DNA of 64,000 bases. Origin: an uncultured Candidatus Saccharibacteria bacterium (lineage in GTDB: Bacteria > Patescibacteriota > Minisyncoccia > Phycocordibacterales > JACOZG01). The notes below the pieces were generated by a model that saw only the letters and a program-made list of their open reading frames with translations, had not been told where the DNA came from and made no database searches. A program made the position numbers and the translations under genes. The stretch spans positions 79,042-143,041 of the forward strand of contig CAZYLF010000001.1 of assembly GCA_964648765.1 (NCBI GenBank), in the 5' to 3' direction. Positions 47,662-58,057 of the stretch are shown one piece after another. The first letter of the stretch is position 1, and the number at the start of each line of letters is the position of its first letter.

Positions 47662-48435
47662 ATGGAAAAAGGAAGTAAGCAGTTATTGGATGAATTAGAT
47701 AGTTTAGAAAATCTGCACACAAACCTGGCAATTCTGAAGAGCCAGGTAGAAATTGGTGCCAGTAAGTGCCGGGAAAAATCTTCAGAAATTCATAGACTAA
47801 TCTCTTCTGGTCACACCACAGGTGATCCGTTTCGGGATTTTGTGATTTATTGGGCTGAACGTTATAAATGGGATCCGATCAGGTCAAATTTATCAAGTCT
47901 CCAGCGATTGATCGCACACAAGAAGGGGCAATTGGTGTTGGCCATTTTCCGTCGTGAGATTGAGAAGCCTCGCGCTTGTCTTGATTTGGGTTTAGATGGC
48001 TGTTTACCAGCCAGTTATGATCAAGCCGTCGACATGTGCTTGGGGCGGTTAACAGACAGTTGTTTAATTATTGATGTAAAACAGTATTTGATTCAACTGC
48101 CAACGGGGAGTTATGTGAGATGGTCGGAAAAGGGTATTTTGGAGGCTGCAAAACCCGGGCCAATTGGGAGTTCGCCATCTGGTAAACACTTTTTGGGTTT
48201 GTTTGAGCCGGTGGGAAGATGGGAGGGAAGAGGGGAGGATCTACCCGCCGTTTGTGATCTTGAGCATGCGCCGACAGACACCAGAGACCACATTACTTCC
48301 AGTTGCTTCTTTCATTATCTTGGTGAAAATAAGCGACGAGCGGAAGTGTGGGTTGGTGATAAAGAGGTTGAAGCTTTTTTCCCAGGTTGTATGAAGGAGA
48401 GAATTTTTTCCAAAATGCTTCACCTGCTTGGTTAA
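47662..48435 (+). CDS. Hypothetical protein, paralog family member 4
   Basis: TTGDPFRDF, KKGQLVLAI, LGRLT, LPTGSYV, VWVGDKEVEAFFPG. Confidence 0.8.
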   Translation: MEKGSKQLLDELDSLENLHTNLAILKSQVEIGASKCREKSSEIHRLISSGHTTGDPFRDFVIYWAERYKWDPIRSNLSSLQRLIAHKKGQLVLAIFRREIEKPRACLDLGLDGCLPASYDQAVDMCLGRLTDSCLIIDVKQYLIQLPTGSYVRWSEKGILEAAKPGPIGSSPSGKHFLGLFEPVGRWEGRGEDLPAVCDLEHAPTDTRDHITSSCFFHYLGENKRRAEVWVGDKEVEAFFPGCMKERIFSKMLHLLG

Positions 48436-48596
48436 GTAGTTCGAGTAAGTAAATCAGCTCCTCACTCATAAATGAGTGGGGAGTTTTTTGTTTCATATTG
48501 TTTGCAATTCTTCCAATTTGCGGGTAGTTTAATGACTGGATTTGGTATTTTGAAAAATAAACGTTATTTCCCGTAAGGGAGAAGGGTTGGTGAAAA

Positions 48597-49379
48597 ATGT
48601 CGCCAGTAAATGACGTGGGAGTGTCAAAAAAGTTGGGTAATTTGGATCAAGAGTATGTTGAGCTTGCAAATGAGAAGGAGGTGGTGAAGCGGAGAGTTAT
48701 CCGCATCAACACTCTGGTTGATGAAATCCGTGTCGATATTTTAGCAGGTCGCTCCACAGGCAATGCGGTCGACGATTTCGTCGTATGTAAGTTTGATTAC
48801 CCAGACTGGGGAAAGAAGAAATCAAACCTCGACGCTTTGCAGGATTTGATTAAGGGGAAGAAGGGTGAACTTGTGCTCGTGATTCACCGATATGTGGATC
48901 GACCGTTCGGTGACTGTGGTGGACCAGTTCACTTGGCGTGCATTGCGCCACCTGAGTCGGAGAAAGGGTGGCCAACATACACTCTCTATTTCGGTAGGCT
49001 GACTGGAGAAAATTTAATTGTAGGCTTGGAGCCTGAAACTATAGGTTTGCCTACTTCTTATCATGTTATTTATCCCAAAAGTAACAAAATGGAGAAAGTG
49101 GTTGGTCCAATAGCGAAGTATGGTTATCCAAACAATTTCGACTTGGCAAACTTTGAGCCACAGGATGCAAGCAAAGAAAATTCCCGTGTGTGGCCTCCAC
49201 ATGAAGCGATCGTGGAGAAGGACCATCTTATTGCTAGCATGCTCGACTCTTTACTTTGTGAGGGTGATGAAAAAATTCAAGTAATTGTCGGTGATGACAA
49301 CATTTCCGCTTTCTTTCCTGGAGCGACTCGTAAAATTTTTACCGAGATGACTCGGGTGATGGCTGAAGGAGTTGTTTGA
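48597..49379 (+). CDS. Hypothetical protein, paralog family member 5
   Basis: STGNAVDDF, KKGELVLVI, FGRLT, LPTSYHV, VIVGDDNISAFFPG. Confidence 0.8.
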   Translation: MSPVNDVGVSKKLGNLDQEYVELANEKEVVKRRVIRINTLVDEIRVDILAGRSTGNAVDDFVVCKFDYPDWGKKKSNLDALQDLIKGKKGELVLVIHRYVDRPFGDCGGPVHLACIAPPESEKGWPTYTLYFGRLTGENLIVGLEPETIGLPTSYHVIYPKSNKMEKVVGPIAKYGYPNNFDLANFEPQDASKENSRVWPPHEAIVEKDHLIASMLDSLLCEGDEKIQVIVGDDNISAFFPGATRKIFTEMTRVMAEGVV

Positions 49380-49531
49380 GGTCTGAGTTTCACACTCGCC
49401 CTGTACTATTATGGTACAGGGCGGTTTTTTTGTTTCATTGTTGATTTTTATTAAATTTAAGGTAGTTTAGGAAAAGTGTTGAACGTTGTTAAAATGAACT
49501 TTTAGCCAAGAGCTAGAGAGGTTGGTGAAAA

Positions 49532-50146
49532 ATGTCGGAAGCACCCCACAGTGACACATATTCACATCGAGATCATTTGCTTGCTGCTGTTCAGTTTCAG
49601 GAGGATTGCTTGAGGGAGATAGAAACCTCTCTGTCTGCGCAGAAGAAAAATGTGGTTTCAGCAGTCAATGAATTTCGAGCGTTCCTGAGAGAAGATAAGG
49701 AGCACAAAGACCCAATTGCGGATCTAATTATCCTTCGCTTTCCGCGTGAGGAATGGAATTGGCGGATACAATTATTTCACGAGTTGGAGAAACAGCTTGC
49801 TGGCCTTGTTGGTAAAACAGTATGTGTGAAGGAGAGGGAACGTGTTGCCACAGGTGATAGCGAGTTAATCTACCAAACTAATTTTTGCGTTGGCGTGTTA
49901 AAACAAGATAAACTCGTTTTTACTTGGGGAGAAGATAATTGCGTCTACTTACCTACTGAAAAGCATGTTTACTTCACCAAGAGGGGGACCAGCATTTACC
50001 ATGATCCACCCCCCTCGCTTATACAGGGCAATGTCAAACTAAGTTTGGGTCAAATTGAAATTCGTGATGTGGGTAACGACAATGAATATCTGAGAGTTTT
50101 GTACCAGGAGGAAATGACAAGAGCGCTTGAGCTGCTTGATCAATAA
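49532..50146 (+). CDS. Hypothetical protein, paralog family member 6
   Basis: DPIADL, LAGLVGKTVCVK, VGVL, LPTEKHV, DVGND. Confidence 0.75.
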   Translation: MSEAPHSDTYSHRDHLLAAVQFQEDCLREIETSLSAQKKNVVSAVNEFRAFLREDKEHKDPIADLIILRFPREEWNWRIQLFHELEKQLAGLVGKTVCVKERERVATGDSELIYQTNFCVGVLKQDKLVFTWGEDNCVYLPTEKHVYFTKRGTSIYHDPPPSLIQGNVKLSLGQIEIRDVGNDNEYLRVLYQEEMTRALELLDQ

Positions 50147-50222
50147 GCTTCACAAACCCGTCCCGCGCCTTACAGCGCGGGATTTTTTTGCATCACAAGT
50201 CAAAATCCGCTAGCATGGTGGA

Positions 50223-51350
50223 ATGAGTATGAGCAAAATTGAGACAAGCAAATTACGCACCTGGATCACGATTGATAAAAGTGCGATTAAAAATAATTAC
50301 CAAGTTTTCCGTAAATTAATTGGACCAAAAGTTAAATTAATGAGTGTGGTGAAGTCGAACGCTTATGGTCACGGCTTGGTAAATTTTGCTAAAGAAGTTG
50401 CAAGTCTGGGTGCAGACTATGTTGCCGTGGACTCAATTGTGGAAGCCGAGCGCTTGCGCAAGGAGGGGATCACCACACCAATTTTTGTGCTTGGTTACAC
50501 CCGACCAATTAATTACCCTCGCGCGGTGGAACTTAATATTGAACTGGCAATTTCTAGTCTCGACTCAATTAAGCAATTAATCCCGGGACTTAAAATTCAT
50601 TTGAAGGTAGACACGGGTATGCATCGACAAGGTTTTCTTTTGTCTGAATTTTCTGATGCGCTTGGTGAGTTAAAAAAGTTTGAGAGTGATGTGCAAGTGG
50701 TAGGCGTGTTTAGTCACTTTGCCTCAGCAAGTGACGTTGAGTTTAAAGAAGATTCACAAAAACAAATTGTCGAATATAAAAATTTCTTAAAAATTTTGGA
50801 AGAAAAAAGTTTTGATACTAAAAAAATAATCAAACACATGAGCGCATCTGGCGCGACGTTTAATTATCCTGAGGCACACTTTGATATGGTGCGCGTGGGT
50901 TTGAGTATGTATGGCTTGTGGCCATCGCGTGAGCTTGAGGAACGTTTTGCTGGCGAGCATCCACTCAAGCGCGTGATGACTTGGCAAACAATAATTGGCG
51001 AAGTAAAAATTCTAACTGAAGACGGACACATTGGTTACGATTTTACTGAAGAGGTGAAAAAGGGGATGAGGATCGCGGTTTGCCCGATTGGTTATTGGCA
51101 TGGTTATCCACGCCACCTTTCTTCAATCGGCCACGTGTTGGTGCGTGGAGAGCGAGCTAAAATTTTAGGTCGTGTGTCGATGGATATGATTGCGATTGAT
51201 GTTTCAAACATACCTGAAGTGAAGGCCGAAGATGTGGTGACAGTACTTGGTGAGGGGATGACCGCGCGCCACTTTGCGGATCAGATAGGCACTTCGCAAT
51301 ACGAATTTATCACAACGGTTAATCCGCTGATTAAAAAGTTTTATATTTAA
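50223..51350 (+). CDS. alr: Alanine racemase
   Basis: VVKSNAYGHG, HLKVDTGMHRQG, IGYWHG, GRVSMDM. Confidence 0.95.
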   Translation: MSMSKIETSKLRTWITIDKSAIKNNYQVFRKLIGPKVKLMSVVKSNAYGHGLVNFAKEVASLGADYVAVDSIVEAERLRKEGITTPIFVLGYTRPINYPRAVELNIELAISSLDSIKQLIPGLKIHLKVDTGMHRQGFLLSEFSDALGELKKFESDVQVVGVFSHFASASDVEFKEDSQKQIVEYKNFLKILEEKSFDTKKIIKHMSASGATFNYPEAHFDMVRVGLSMYGLWPSRELEERFAGEHPLKRVMTWQTIIGEVKILTEDGHIGYDFTEEVKKGMRIAVCPIGYWHGYPRHLSSIGHVLVRGERAKILGRVSMDMIAIDVSNIPEVKAEDVVTVLGEGMTARHFADQIGTSQYEFITTVNPLIKKFYI

Positions 51351-51418
51351 ACATAATAAAACTCCGGAGAGCCTAAACGCTTCCCGGAGTCTTATTTTTA
51401 AAACGAACTAGAGTCGAC

Positions 51419-51697
51419 TTATTTAACTGCGTCCTTCAAGCCCTTAGCGGCGCGGAACTTAGGCACGCGCATGGCGGCGACTTGAATAGATTCCCCAGTG
51501 CGAGGATTGCGGGCGGTGCGAGCAGCACGATTTTTTGTGCTGAAGATCCCAAGGCCGGCAATCGAGACCTCCCCTCCCTTTTTGAGAGTGTCGATGATGG
51601 CGTCTAACATTGTGTCTACAGCCTGCTCGGCCATAGTTTTGGTGCCACCAATCTTCTCGGAGACCATATCAACAATACCTTGTTTGTTTAGATTCAT
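51419..51697 (-). CDS. hup: DNA-binding protein HU
   Basis: GLGIF..RAARTARNPRTGESI..VPKFRA. Confidence 0.95.
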   Translation of the reverse strand: MNLNKQGIVDMVSEKIGGTKTMAEQAVDTMLDAIIDTLKKGGEVSIAGLGIFSTKNRAARTARNPRTGESIQVAAMRVPKFRAAKGLKDAVK

Positions 51698-51874
51698 TTT
51701 TTCTTAAATTAATTTTTAAAAAAATTAAAGTCGACCAAGCCCCAACTACGCGGACAATTATAGCTTTTAGCCATATTCTCTGCAACTTATTTTGAGGTTG
51801 ACTTTTTTACAATAAAAATGTAGAAATAAAGTTGGGAAGTTTGTTATTTTGGTCAAAACGGAAAGGAATGAAGC

Positions 51875-52234
51875 ATGGAAACCTACACTCTGGTAGTGAG
51901 ACAGCTTGAAGAGGGGCGTTTGTTGGACAATATTCTCGGCAAAACTGCCCCGCACATCCAAGTGCTAATGTCTGAGGCGTCGGCGCCGTTTATCAAGCAT
52001 GTGCTTGGGGTTATCCCCGCACCAAAATTTGGGGAGCATTGCCCAACTCATTTCCGAAGCAGGGTGATCCATTTTGAGGGCGATCCTAAACGTGTGTTTT
52101 TGAAAGGTCATTTTGTTAAGAACTCTAAAGGAGATGAAATTTCTCCTGAAGCCACCGCGCGTGAGTTTTTTGGGTTCTATGATCTGATAAATCACACTGG
52201 GGAATTGCAAGAGATGGCCATAAAGTTGAAGTAA
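51875..52234 (+). CDS. Hypothetical protein
   Basis: GAAAGG SD; bidirectional terminator at 52243-52269. Confidence 0.6.
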   Translation: METYTLVVRQLEEGRLLDNILGKTAPHIQVLMSEASAPFIKHVLGVIPAPKFGEHCPTHFRSRVIHFEGDPKRVFLKGHFVKNSKGDEISPEATAREFFGFYDLINHTGELQEMAIKLK

Positions 52235-52270
52235 CTCATAGCAAAAAGGCTCTCCACGGAGAGCCTTTTC

Positions 52271-53800
52271 TTATCTCGCGTATTCGATAACTCTCGCTTC
52301 GCGGATCACGACGACTTTAATTTCTCCAGGATATTTAAGGTCTTGCTCGATGCGTAAGGCAATGTCGCGGCCGAGCTTTTTAGCTTCAATGTCCGTAATT
52401 TCTTCTGGCTTCACAAACACGCGGAGTTCCCGCCCGGCTTGAATGGCGTAACTCTTCTCAATACCAGGGAAGGCGTTAGCAATATCTTCTAAATCTTTTA
52501 ATCTGCGTAAATAATTTTCTAAACTGTCGCGCCGGGCTCCTGGGCGACCACCAGAGATGGCATCAGCGGTTTGCACAATAATTGATTCAATCGTTTCATA
52601 TGGATACTCTTCATGATGCGCTTGCATAGCTTTAATCACCGCTTCGCCGGCACCAAACTTTTCTAAAATTCTCCGGCCGATTTCTACATGCGTGCCTTGC
52701 ACCTCGTGATCCACGGCTTTGCCGATGTCGTGTAAGAGCGCCCCAGCGCGCGCCACTTGTGGGTCAGCGCTTAATTCTTCAGCGAGCATTCCGGCCAAAT
52801 GCGCCATTTCCACGGAGTGCTGCAACACGTTTTGCCCGTAACTCGTACGGAAGTGTAAGCGCCCTAAGATCAAAATAATTCTTGGGTCAAGATTAAACAC
52901 ATTGGCCTCATAAGCTGCTTCCTCACCCTTCTCTTTTATAATTTTGGCGATACTCTCTTTGGCTTTTTCTGTTAACTCTTCAATTTTGGCTGGATGAATT
53001 CTCCCGTCCACAATTAAGTTTTCAAGCGCCACTTTAGCAATTTGCCTGCGCACTGGGTCGAAGGACGACAGCACAATTGTTCCTGGTGTGTCATCAATAA
53101 TTACTTCCACGCCTGTGGCCTTTTCAAACGCTCTAATATTGCGCCCTTCTTTACCAATAATTTTACCCTTCACATCGTCGGACGGAATTTCCACAATCGT
53201 CGACATCACTTCTGGCACTGTGGAATTTGCCAGACGTTGAATTGTGGTGGCCAAGATATTCTTAGCTTTGTATTCAAGTGCCTCGTTGTTGGCACTCTCA
53301 AGTTTGCGTGTGCGTACCATCAAATCTTCCTCATAATTTTTTGTGATGGTGTTTAGGAGTTCTTCTTTAGCATCCTTTTCACTAAGTTTTGCCACGCGTT
53401 CAAGTTCCAACTTTTTCTCAGTGGTTAATCGTGCTACTTCAGCCCGAGTTTTATTTATTTCGGCTTCATGTTTTTTTAATTCCTCACCTTCTTTGTCGAT
53501 ATCTTGCTGGCGTCGATCTAAAAGCTCATCTTTTTTAATTAAACGATCTTCCTTTTTTCTTAATTCGCTCTCAGTCTCTTTTTCTTTCTTTTTGGATTCT
53601 TTTAAAATTTCGTCTGAATCACTTTCAGCTTTGTCGACAATTTTTTGGGCTTGATCTTTAGCTTCAAGAATAATCTGTTTCACAGTTAATTCCATTGAGC
53701 CTTTTTTGCCCAAGGTAATTAACCAACGTAAAAAGTAGCCGAAGATAGCCCCTCCCACGAGTGCGGTGCCGGAGATAAAAAAGACGGTAAACAGATTCAC
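52271..53800 (-). CDS. rny: Ribonuclease Y
   Basis: TM, coiled coil, KH (KGKIIGKEGRNI), HD (LLHDIGKA), RPGARR. Confidence 0.96.
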   Translation of the reverse strand: MNLFTVFFISGTALVGGAIFGYFLRWLITLGKKGSMELTVKQIILEAKDQAQKIVDKAESDSDEILKESKKKEKETESELRKKEDRLIKKDELLDRRQQDIDKEGEELKKHEAEINKTRAEVARLTTEKKLELERVAKLSEKDAKEELLNTITKNYEEDLMVRTRKLESANNEALEYKAKNILATTIQRLANSTVPEVMSTIVEIPSDDVKGKIIGKEGRNIRAFEKATGVEVIIDDTPGTIVLSSFDPVRRQIAKVALENLIVDGRIHPAKIEELTEKAKESIAKIIKEKGEEAAYEANVFNLDPRIILILGRLHFRTSYGQNVLQHSVEMAHLAGMLAEELSADPQVARAGALLHDIGKAVDHEVQGTHVEIGRRILEKFGAGEAVIKAMQAHHEEYPYETIESIIVQTADAISGGRPGARRDSLENYLRRLKDLEDIANAFPGIEKSYAIQAGRELRVFVKPEEITDIEAKKLGRDIALRIEQDLKYPGEIKVVVIREARVIEYAR

Positions 53801-53808
53801 GTTACTTA

Positions 53809-54393
53809 TTAGTGTTTAGCTTTAGTGATAATGTCGTCCACAATGCCGTAGGTTTTTGCTTCTTCTGCCGACATAAAGTAGTCGCGGTCAGAATCTTTTT
53901 CAATTTGTTCAAGTTTTTGACCGGTGTGCCGAGCCAACATTTTATTGAGGTTGTCTTTGGTTTTTAAAATATGTTTGGCGCTAATCGCAATATCTGAAGC
54001 TTGACCCTCAGTGCCGCCAAGCGGTTGATGGATCATCACCTCAGCATTAGGGAGCACATAACGTTTACCTTTTTTACCTGCTGAGAGGAGCAGGGCGCCA
54101 CCAGAGGCAGCAATACCCACACAGACCGTAGACACGTCCGGGCGGATGTAGTTCATGGTGTCGATAATCGCTAATGTGGCAGTTACTGCGCCCCCTGGAG
54201 AATTGATGTATAAAGTAATGTCCTTTTTAGGATCCTCAGACTCAAGGAAGAGCAATTGGGCAATAATAATATTGGCTACATTGTCATCAATCGGCCCGCC
54301 TAAAAACACGATCCGCTCGCGTAAAAGCCTTGAGTAAATATCATAGGCTCGTTCACCGAATGGCGACTTTTCAATAACGGTTGGTATTAACAT
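53809..54393 (-). CDS. clpP: ATP-dependent Clp protease proteolytic subunit
   Basis: [27 protein letters not shown]. Confidence 0.97.
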   Translation of the reverse strand: MLIPTVIEKSPFGERAYDIYSRLLRERIVFLGGPIDDNVANIIIAQLLFLESEDPKKDITLYINSPGGAVTATLAIIDTMNYIRPDVSTVCVGIAASGGALLLSAGKKGKRYVLPNAEVMIHQPLGGTEGQASDIAISAKHILKTKDNLNKMLARHTGQKLEQIEKDSDRDYFMSAEEAKTYGIVDDIITKAKH

Positions 54394-54405
54394 AATTTTT
54401 TACAA

Positions 54406-55359
54406 TTAAACCAGACTTTCTAAAAATTGCAAGGTTTTCTCACTGGCGATGGCGTTTTCAAGATATACTCGCAAACGTAAAGGGTCAGCATCTTTGTGCT
54501 CCATTTGTAAGGTTTCAAGATGTGGCTCGATCTCTTCCTCAGTGGCTTTGATATTTTCTTTGATTCCTACTTCAGTTAGGACGAGCGACGAGATGATCCG
54601 TTTCTTTGCACCCTCCTGCCAATCCTTCTTTAAATCTTCCTCGGACTTTTTTAGGTGCTTTAGATAATCCTCAAACTTAAGTCCCATTGAGGCAATATCG
54701 TTTTTCATCTCATGAATCATTTTTTCTAACTCGTTTTCAATTAAAATTGGTGGGATTTCTACTTTTGAGGCCTCTACTAGAGCATCAATTAATGAGAGGC
54801 GACGTTTTTCATGAGCTTTGCGGGTTTTTTCACTTACTAAATATTTCCTTATCTCCTCTTCGGTCGGGATTTTGGCGTCTTTGCTTCCTTCTTGGCTTTT
54901 GGTGACGTTTTCAAGAACTTTTTTTACTTCATCGTCGGTTACTTCTGGCTCTTTTTCGTCTTTATTCTTTTTATTGGATTCTTTTGCAACGTTTTTGTAG
55001 TCAGGCAAAGCTAATTTGGGCGCCAAAGCGGTTTTAATTTTAAAACCAAGTGGATTACCTTTGGCGATTTTAGTAATTGTGATTTCCGGCCGGCCAATCA
55101 CGTCCAGAGACTTCTCCTTAACTATTTTGGGGTACCATTCTGAAAGGGCTAGTTCAGCCATCTCAAGTAAAACGCGCTCGGTGCCAAGTTTGCTCTCAAG
55201 CACAGCTTCAGGCACGTGGCCATCGCGGAAGCCATCAATTTTAACTTCCGCTTGCAGGCGCTTTAAGGCGGCATCTCGTTTGGCTTCAAAATCAGCCAAA
55301 GCAATTTCACCCTCCAGCTCGATCTCCGAGTTGGTTAAATTTGTGAGTTTTACCTCCAT
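54406..55359 (-). CDS. tig: Trigger factor lacking the FKBP domain
   Basis: IDGFRDGHVP ribosome-binding motif; 317 aa; upstream of clpP. Confidence 0.88.
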   Translation of the reverse strand: MEVKLTNLTNSEIELEGEIALADFEAKRDAALKRLQAEVKIDGFRDGHVPEAVLESKLGTERVLLEMAELALSEWYPKIVKEKSLDVIGRPEITITKIAKGNPLGFKIKTALAPKLALPDYKNVAKESNKKNKDEKEPEVTDDEVKKVLENVTKSQEGSKDAKIPTEEEIRKYLVSEKTRKAHEKRRLSLIDALVEASKVEIPPILIENELEKMIHEMKNDIASMGLKFEDYLKHLKKSEEDLKKDWQEGAKKRIISSLVLTEVGIKENIKATEEEIEPHLETLQMEHKDADPLRLRVYLENAIASEKTLQFLESLV

Positions 55360-55367
55360 AAAATTTT

Positions 55368-55679
55368 TTATTGTAGTTCGACTTCTAGTGAATTAACGTC
55401 TTCGTCCAAAAAGTCAGGACTTTCTGTGCTTAAATCTGCTTCAAGATCACTTACGTCTGTGGGGTCTGGACTGGTGGTTAAGCTGTTTTCTCCAGTACCG
55501 GTGCCATTTTGAACACCAGCTCCCTCCATATTGTCTCCTGCTGGGACCTCGGGTTTACTAAGTAAAAGGTAAGCTCCGCCGAGAATTAAAATAATAACGA
55601 TGATTACGGCGCTAATGGTTGGCCCTTTGGACTGTTTCTCAGGCCCACCTACGATCTCACTTTGGTTAATTTGATCCAT
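55368..55679 (-). CDS. Small single-TM acidic protein
   Basis: GPTISAVIIVIILILGGAYLL TM; acidic tail. Confidence 0.7.
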   Translation of the reverse strand: MDQINQSEIVGGPEKQSKGPTISAVIIVIILILGGAYLLLSKPEVPAGDNMEGAGVQNGTGTGENSLTTSPDPTDVSDLEADLSTESPDFLDEDVNSLEVELQ

Positions 55680-55702
55680 GTTTCAAGGTTTCTTGTTGAT
55701 AA

Positions 55703-56263
55703 TTAATTGGCTGTGGTGGAAGCAGTCGCGTTATCCTTGGCCTCCATCCTAGCGTCTTTTAAAGCTTTTACGGCTTCACGGACCTTCTCGTGGGCCATCT
55801 TTATCTTTTCTACCAGATTTTTGATTGAATTGCGAACTTCTTCAATGATTGCTAGTGGTTTTACTTGATCTCCAGTTAGTTGGGTACCAGCTGTCTCAAT
55901 TTTGGTTTTTAAGGTTTCGTAAAGGGTTTTGGCTTCAGTAATCAAAGTTTTGGCTTCAGCAATTTTCGCTTTAGCAACTACTGTGCTGATGTTTCGGGCA
56001 TCAAACTCGTTAATTCTGGCTTCAATCTTAGCCACTAAACGCTCGTTTCGCTCAAAAGCAGCAGGGAAACGTTCGCGGATTCGATTGAGTTCGGCTTTCA
56101 CTCTCTCCCGCTTATCTGTTTTCCATTCCTTGATCCTTTCAATCAATGGGCGCTCATCCTTCTTCATCGCGTTGGTTCCAGTAGCTGATTGAGCCATTAC
56201 CTGGTTGCCGAGGCCCAACCCGACCGCTCCCAAAAGCAGTAATATTAATGTGTTTTTAAGCAT
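55703..56263 (-). CDS. Secreted coiled-coil protein
   Basis: Signal peptide, helical heptads. Confidence 0.75.
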   Translation of the reverse strand: MLKNTLILLLLGAVGLGLGNQVMAQSATGTNAMKKDERPLIERIKEWKTDKRERVKAELNRIRERFPAAFERNERLVAKIEARINEFDARNISTVVAKAKIAEAKTLITEAKTLYETLKTKIETAGTQLTGDQVKPLAIIEEVRNSIKNLVEKIKMAHEKVREAVKALKDARMEAKDNATASTTAN

Positions 56264-56320
56264 GTAAAATAATTATCAAACTAATAAATAAGTTCAATAC
56301 TATTTTACTACTTTTTTGCT

Positions 56321-56845
56321 CTATTTACCAAACTTTGCTTGATAGAGTTCTTGCCCGCGGACAAAAGCATTTTCAGCCTCGTTTTTACCGGCAAAACCTT
56401 TAACTTCTACCTTTTTGCCTTGCAATTGCTTGTAGGTGCTATAAAAGTGTTCAATTTCCTTAATTTGATGAGGATTTAGGTCAGCCAAATCTTTAATATC
56501 TTTAAAGCGTGGGTCATCCACCGGCACTGAGATGAGTTTGTCGTCAGCTTCACCGCTATCAATCATATTCATAATGGCCACCGGGCGCACGCGCACCAAA
56601 ACTCCCGAGGGGAGCGGGTTGGTGGTTAAAATTATCACATCAAGAGCGTCGCCGTCGTCCCAAAGGGTTTTTGGCACAAAACCATAGTCAAAGGGGAAGG
56701 TTTGAGCGCTGTGCAAAACGCGATCAAGGGCGATCATGCCCGTTTCCTTATCAATTTCGTACTTATTATTTGAGCCTTTAGGAATTTCAACAATTACGTT
56801 GATGCTTTCCTTGGTGCCTGGTTCCACATCGTGCCAAAGATTCAT
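56321..56845 (-). CDS. ppa: Inorganic pyrophosphatase
   Basis: EIPKGSNNKYE, LDRVL, YGFVP, DDGDALD, DDKL. Confidence 0.96.
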   Translation of the reverse strand: MNLWHDVEPGTKESINVIVEIPKGSNNKYEIDKETGMIALDRVLHSAQTFPFDYGFVPKTLWDDGDALDVIILTTNPLPSGVLVRVRPVAIMNMIDSGEADDKLISVPVDDPRFKDIKDLADLNPHQIKEIEHFYSTYKQLQGKKVEVKGFAGKNEAENAFVRGQELYQAKFGK

Positions 56846-56847
56846 AA

Positions 56848-58041
56848 TTATTCTGATTTAGTTTCGCTAATAATTGGTTCTGAGGGAGTTTCTGTTGGGG
56901 CAACGGGAGTTGGTGTAGTGGAATTAATGTCGATTTTCCAGCCGGTTAATTTGGCAGCAAGGCGCACATTTTGTCCGCCTTTACCTACCGCGAGTGAAAA
57001 TTGTTCGGGTTCTACCATAATTTTGGCCTCGCGAGTTTCCTCAGTTAATTTTACCTCTTTAATTTTAGCAGGTGAGAGAGCGTTTTCAATAAATTCTTTA
57101 GGATTTTCAGACCATTCAATAATATCAATCTTTTCACCTCCTAATTCAGCAATTACTGTGTTTACTCGCACGCCACGCTGGCCTACGCAAGAGCCTACTG
57201 GGTCAATATTTGATTCTTTTGAAGAAACGGCCACCTTAGTGCGTCCGCCAGCTTCACGAGCCACCGCTTTAAACTCCACAATACCATTGGCAATTTCTGG
57301 AGCTTCAAGTTCAAAAAGTTTCTCCACAAATTTAGGGTGAGAACGGGAGAGGCGGAGATTAATACCGCGTGGCGTGTCTTCCACGCGCACCAAATAAGCG
57401 CGGATGCGCTCACCTTGGCGATAATGCTCGCCGGGTACTTGCTCGTCGTAAGGCAAAGTGGCGGTGGTGCGGCCGAGATCCACTAGTACGTTGCCACGCT
57501 CCACTTTTTGCACTTTACCGTTCAAAATAGAGCCTTGGCGGTCAGAATATTCCTCCATAACGGAAGTTTTTTCAGCTTCGCGAATTCTTTGAATAATCAC
57601 CTGTTTGGCGGTTTGAGCGGCAATACGGCCGTAATCATCTTTTGTTTCAAGTGGGAAGATCAACTCCTCATTTAAAGCCACGTTTTGTTTGATCTTTTTG
57701 GCGTCATCAATCCACATATGATGCTCCTCGTTAAAGCGAGGGAGGGGTTCTGCAGCCACTTCACCTTCAGCCAATGGAGCCTTAACCTCAACTACTTCCT
57801 CCTCGCCCTCTACTGCGGCTGGGCGCACCACGCTTTCATCCACCGCTACTTTAACTTGATAAAACTCAGTTTTTCCGGTTTCTAAATCAAGTTTGGCACG
57901 GATAATCTGACCTTTTTTGCCGTAATCTTTTTTATACGCGGCAACTAAAGCGTCCTCAATGGCGCCGATAATCTTTTCGCGCGGAATCCCGCGCTCTTCC
58001 TCTAATTGCTCCAATGCTGATTTTAAGCTTTTTAAATCCAT
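56848..58041 (-). CDS. nusA: Transcription factor NusA
   Basis: GRIAAQTAKQVI, AREAGGRTKVAV, CVGQRG, AVGKGGQNVRLAAKLTGWKIDI. Confidence 0.97.
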   Translation of the reverse strand: MDLKSLKSALEQLEEERGIPREKIIGAIEDALVAAYKKDYGKKGQIIRAKLDLETGKTEFYQVKVAVDESVVRPAAVEGEEEVVEVKAPLAEGEVAAEPLPRFNEEHHMWIDDAKKIKQNVALNEELIFPLETKDDYGRIAAQTAKQVIIQRIREAEKTSVMEEYSDRQGSILNGKVQKVERGNVLVDLGRTTATLPYDEQVPGEHYRQGERIRAYLVRVEDTPRGINLRLSRSHPKFVEKLFELEAPEIANGIVEFKAVAREAGGRTKVAVSSKESNIDPVGSCVGQRGVRVNTVIAELGGEKIDIIEWSENPKEFIENALSPAKIKEVKLTEETREAKIMVEPEQFSLAVGKGGQNVRLAAKLTGWKIDINSTTPTPVAPTETPSEPIISETKSE

Positions 58042-58057
58042 GTAATTATTTTTTTAT

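Noticed and set aside
47600-50190. CRISPR array or DGR
   Set aside because: No short identical repeats, cas or reverse-transcriptase genes, and no TR/VR pair.
51411-51737. AGTCGAC motif on both sides of HU
   Set aside because: Too short to separate from chance without a genome-wide count.
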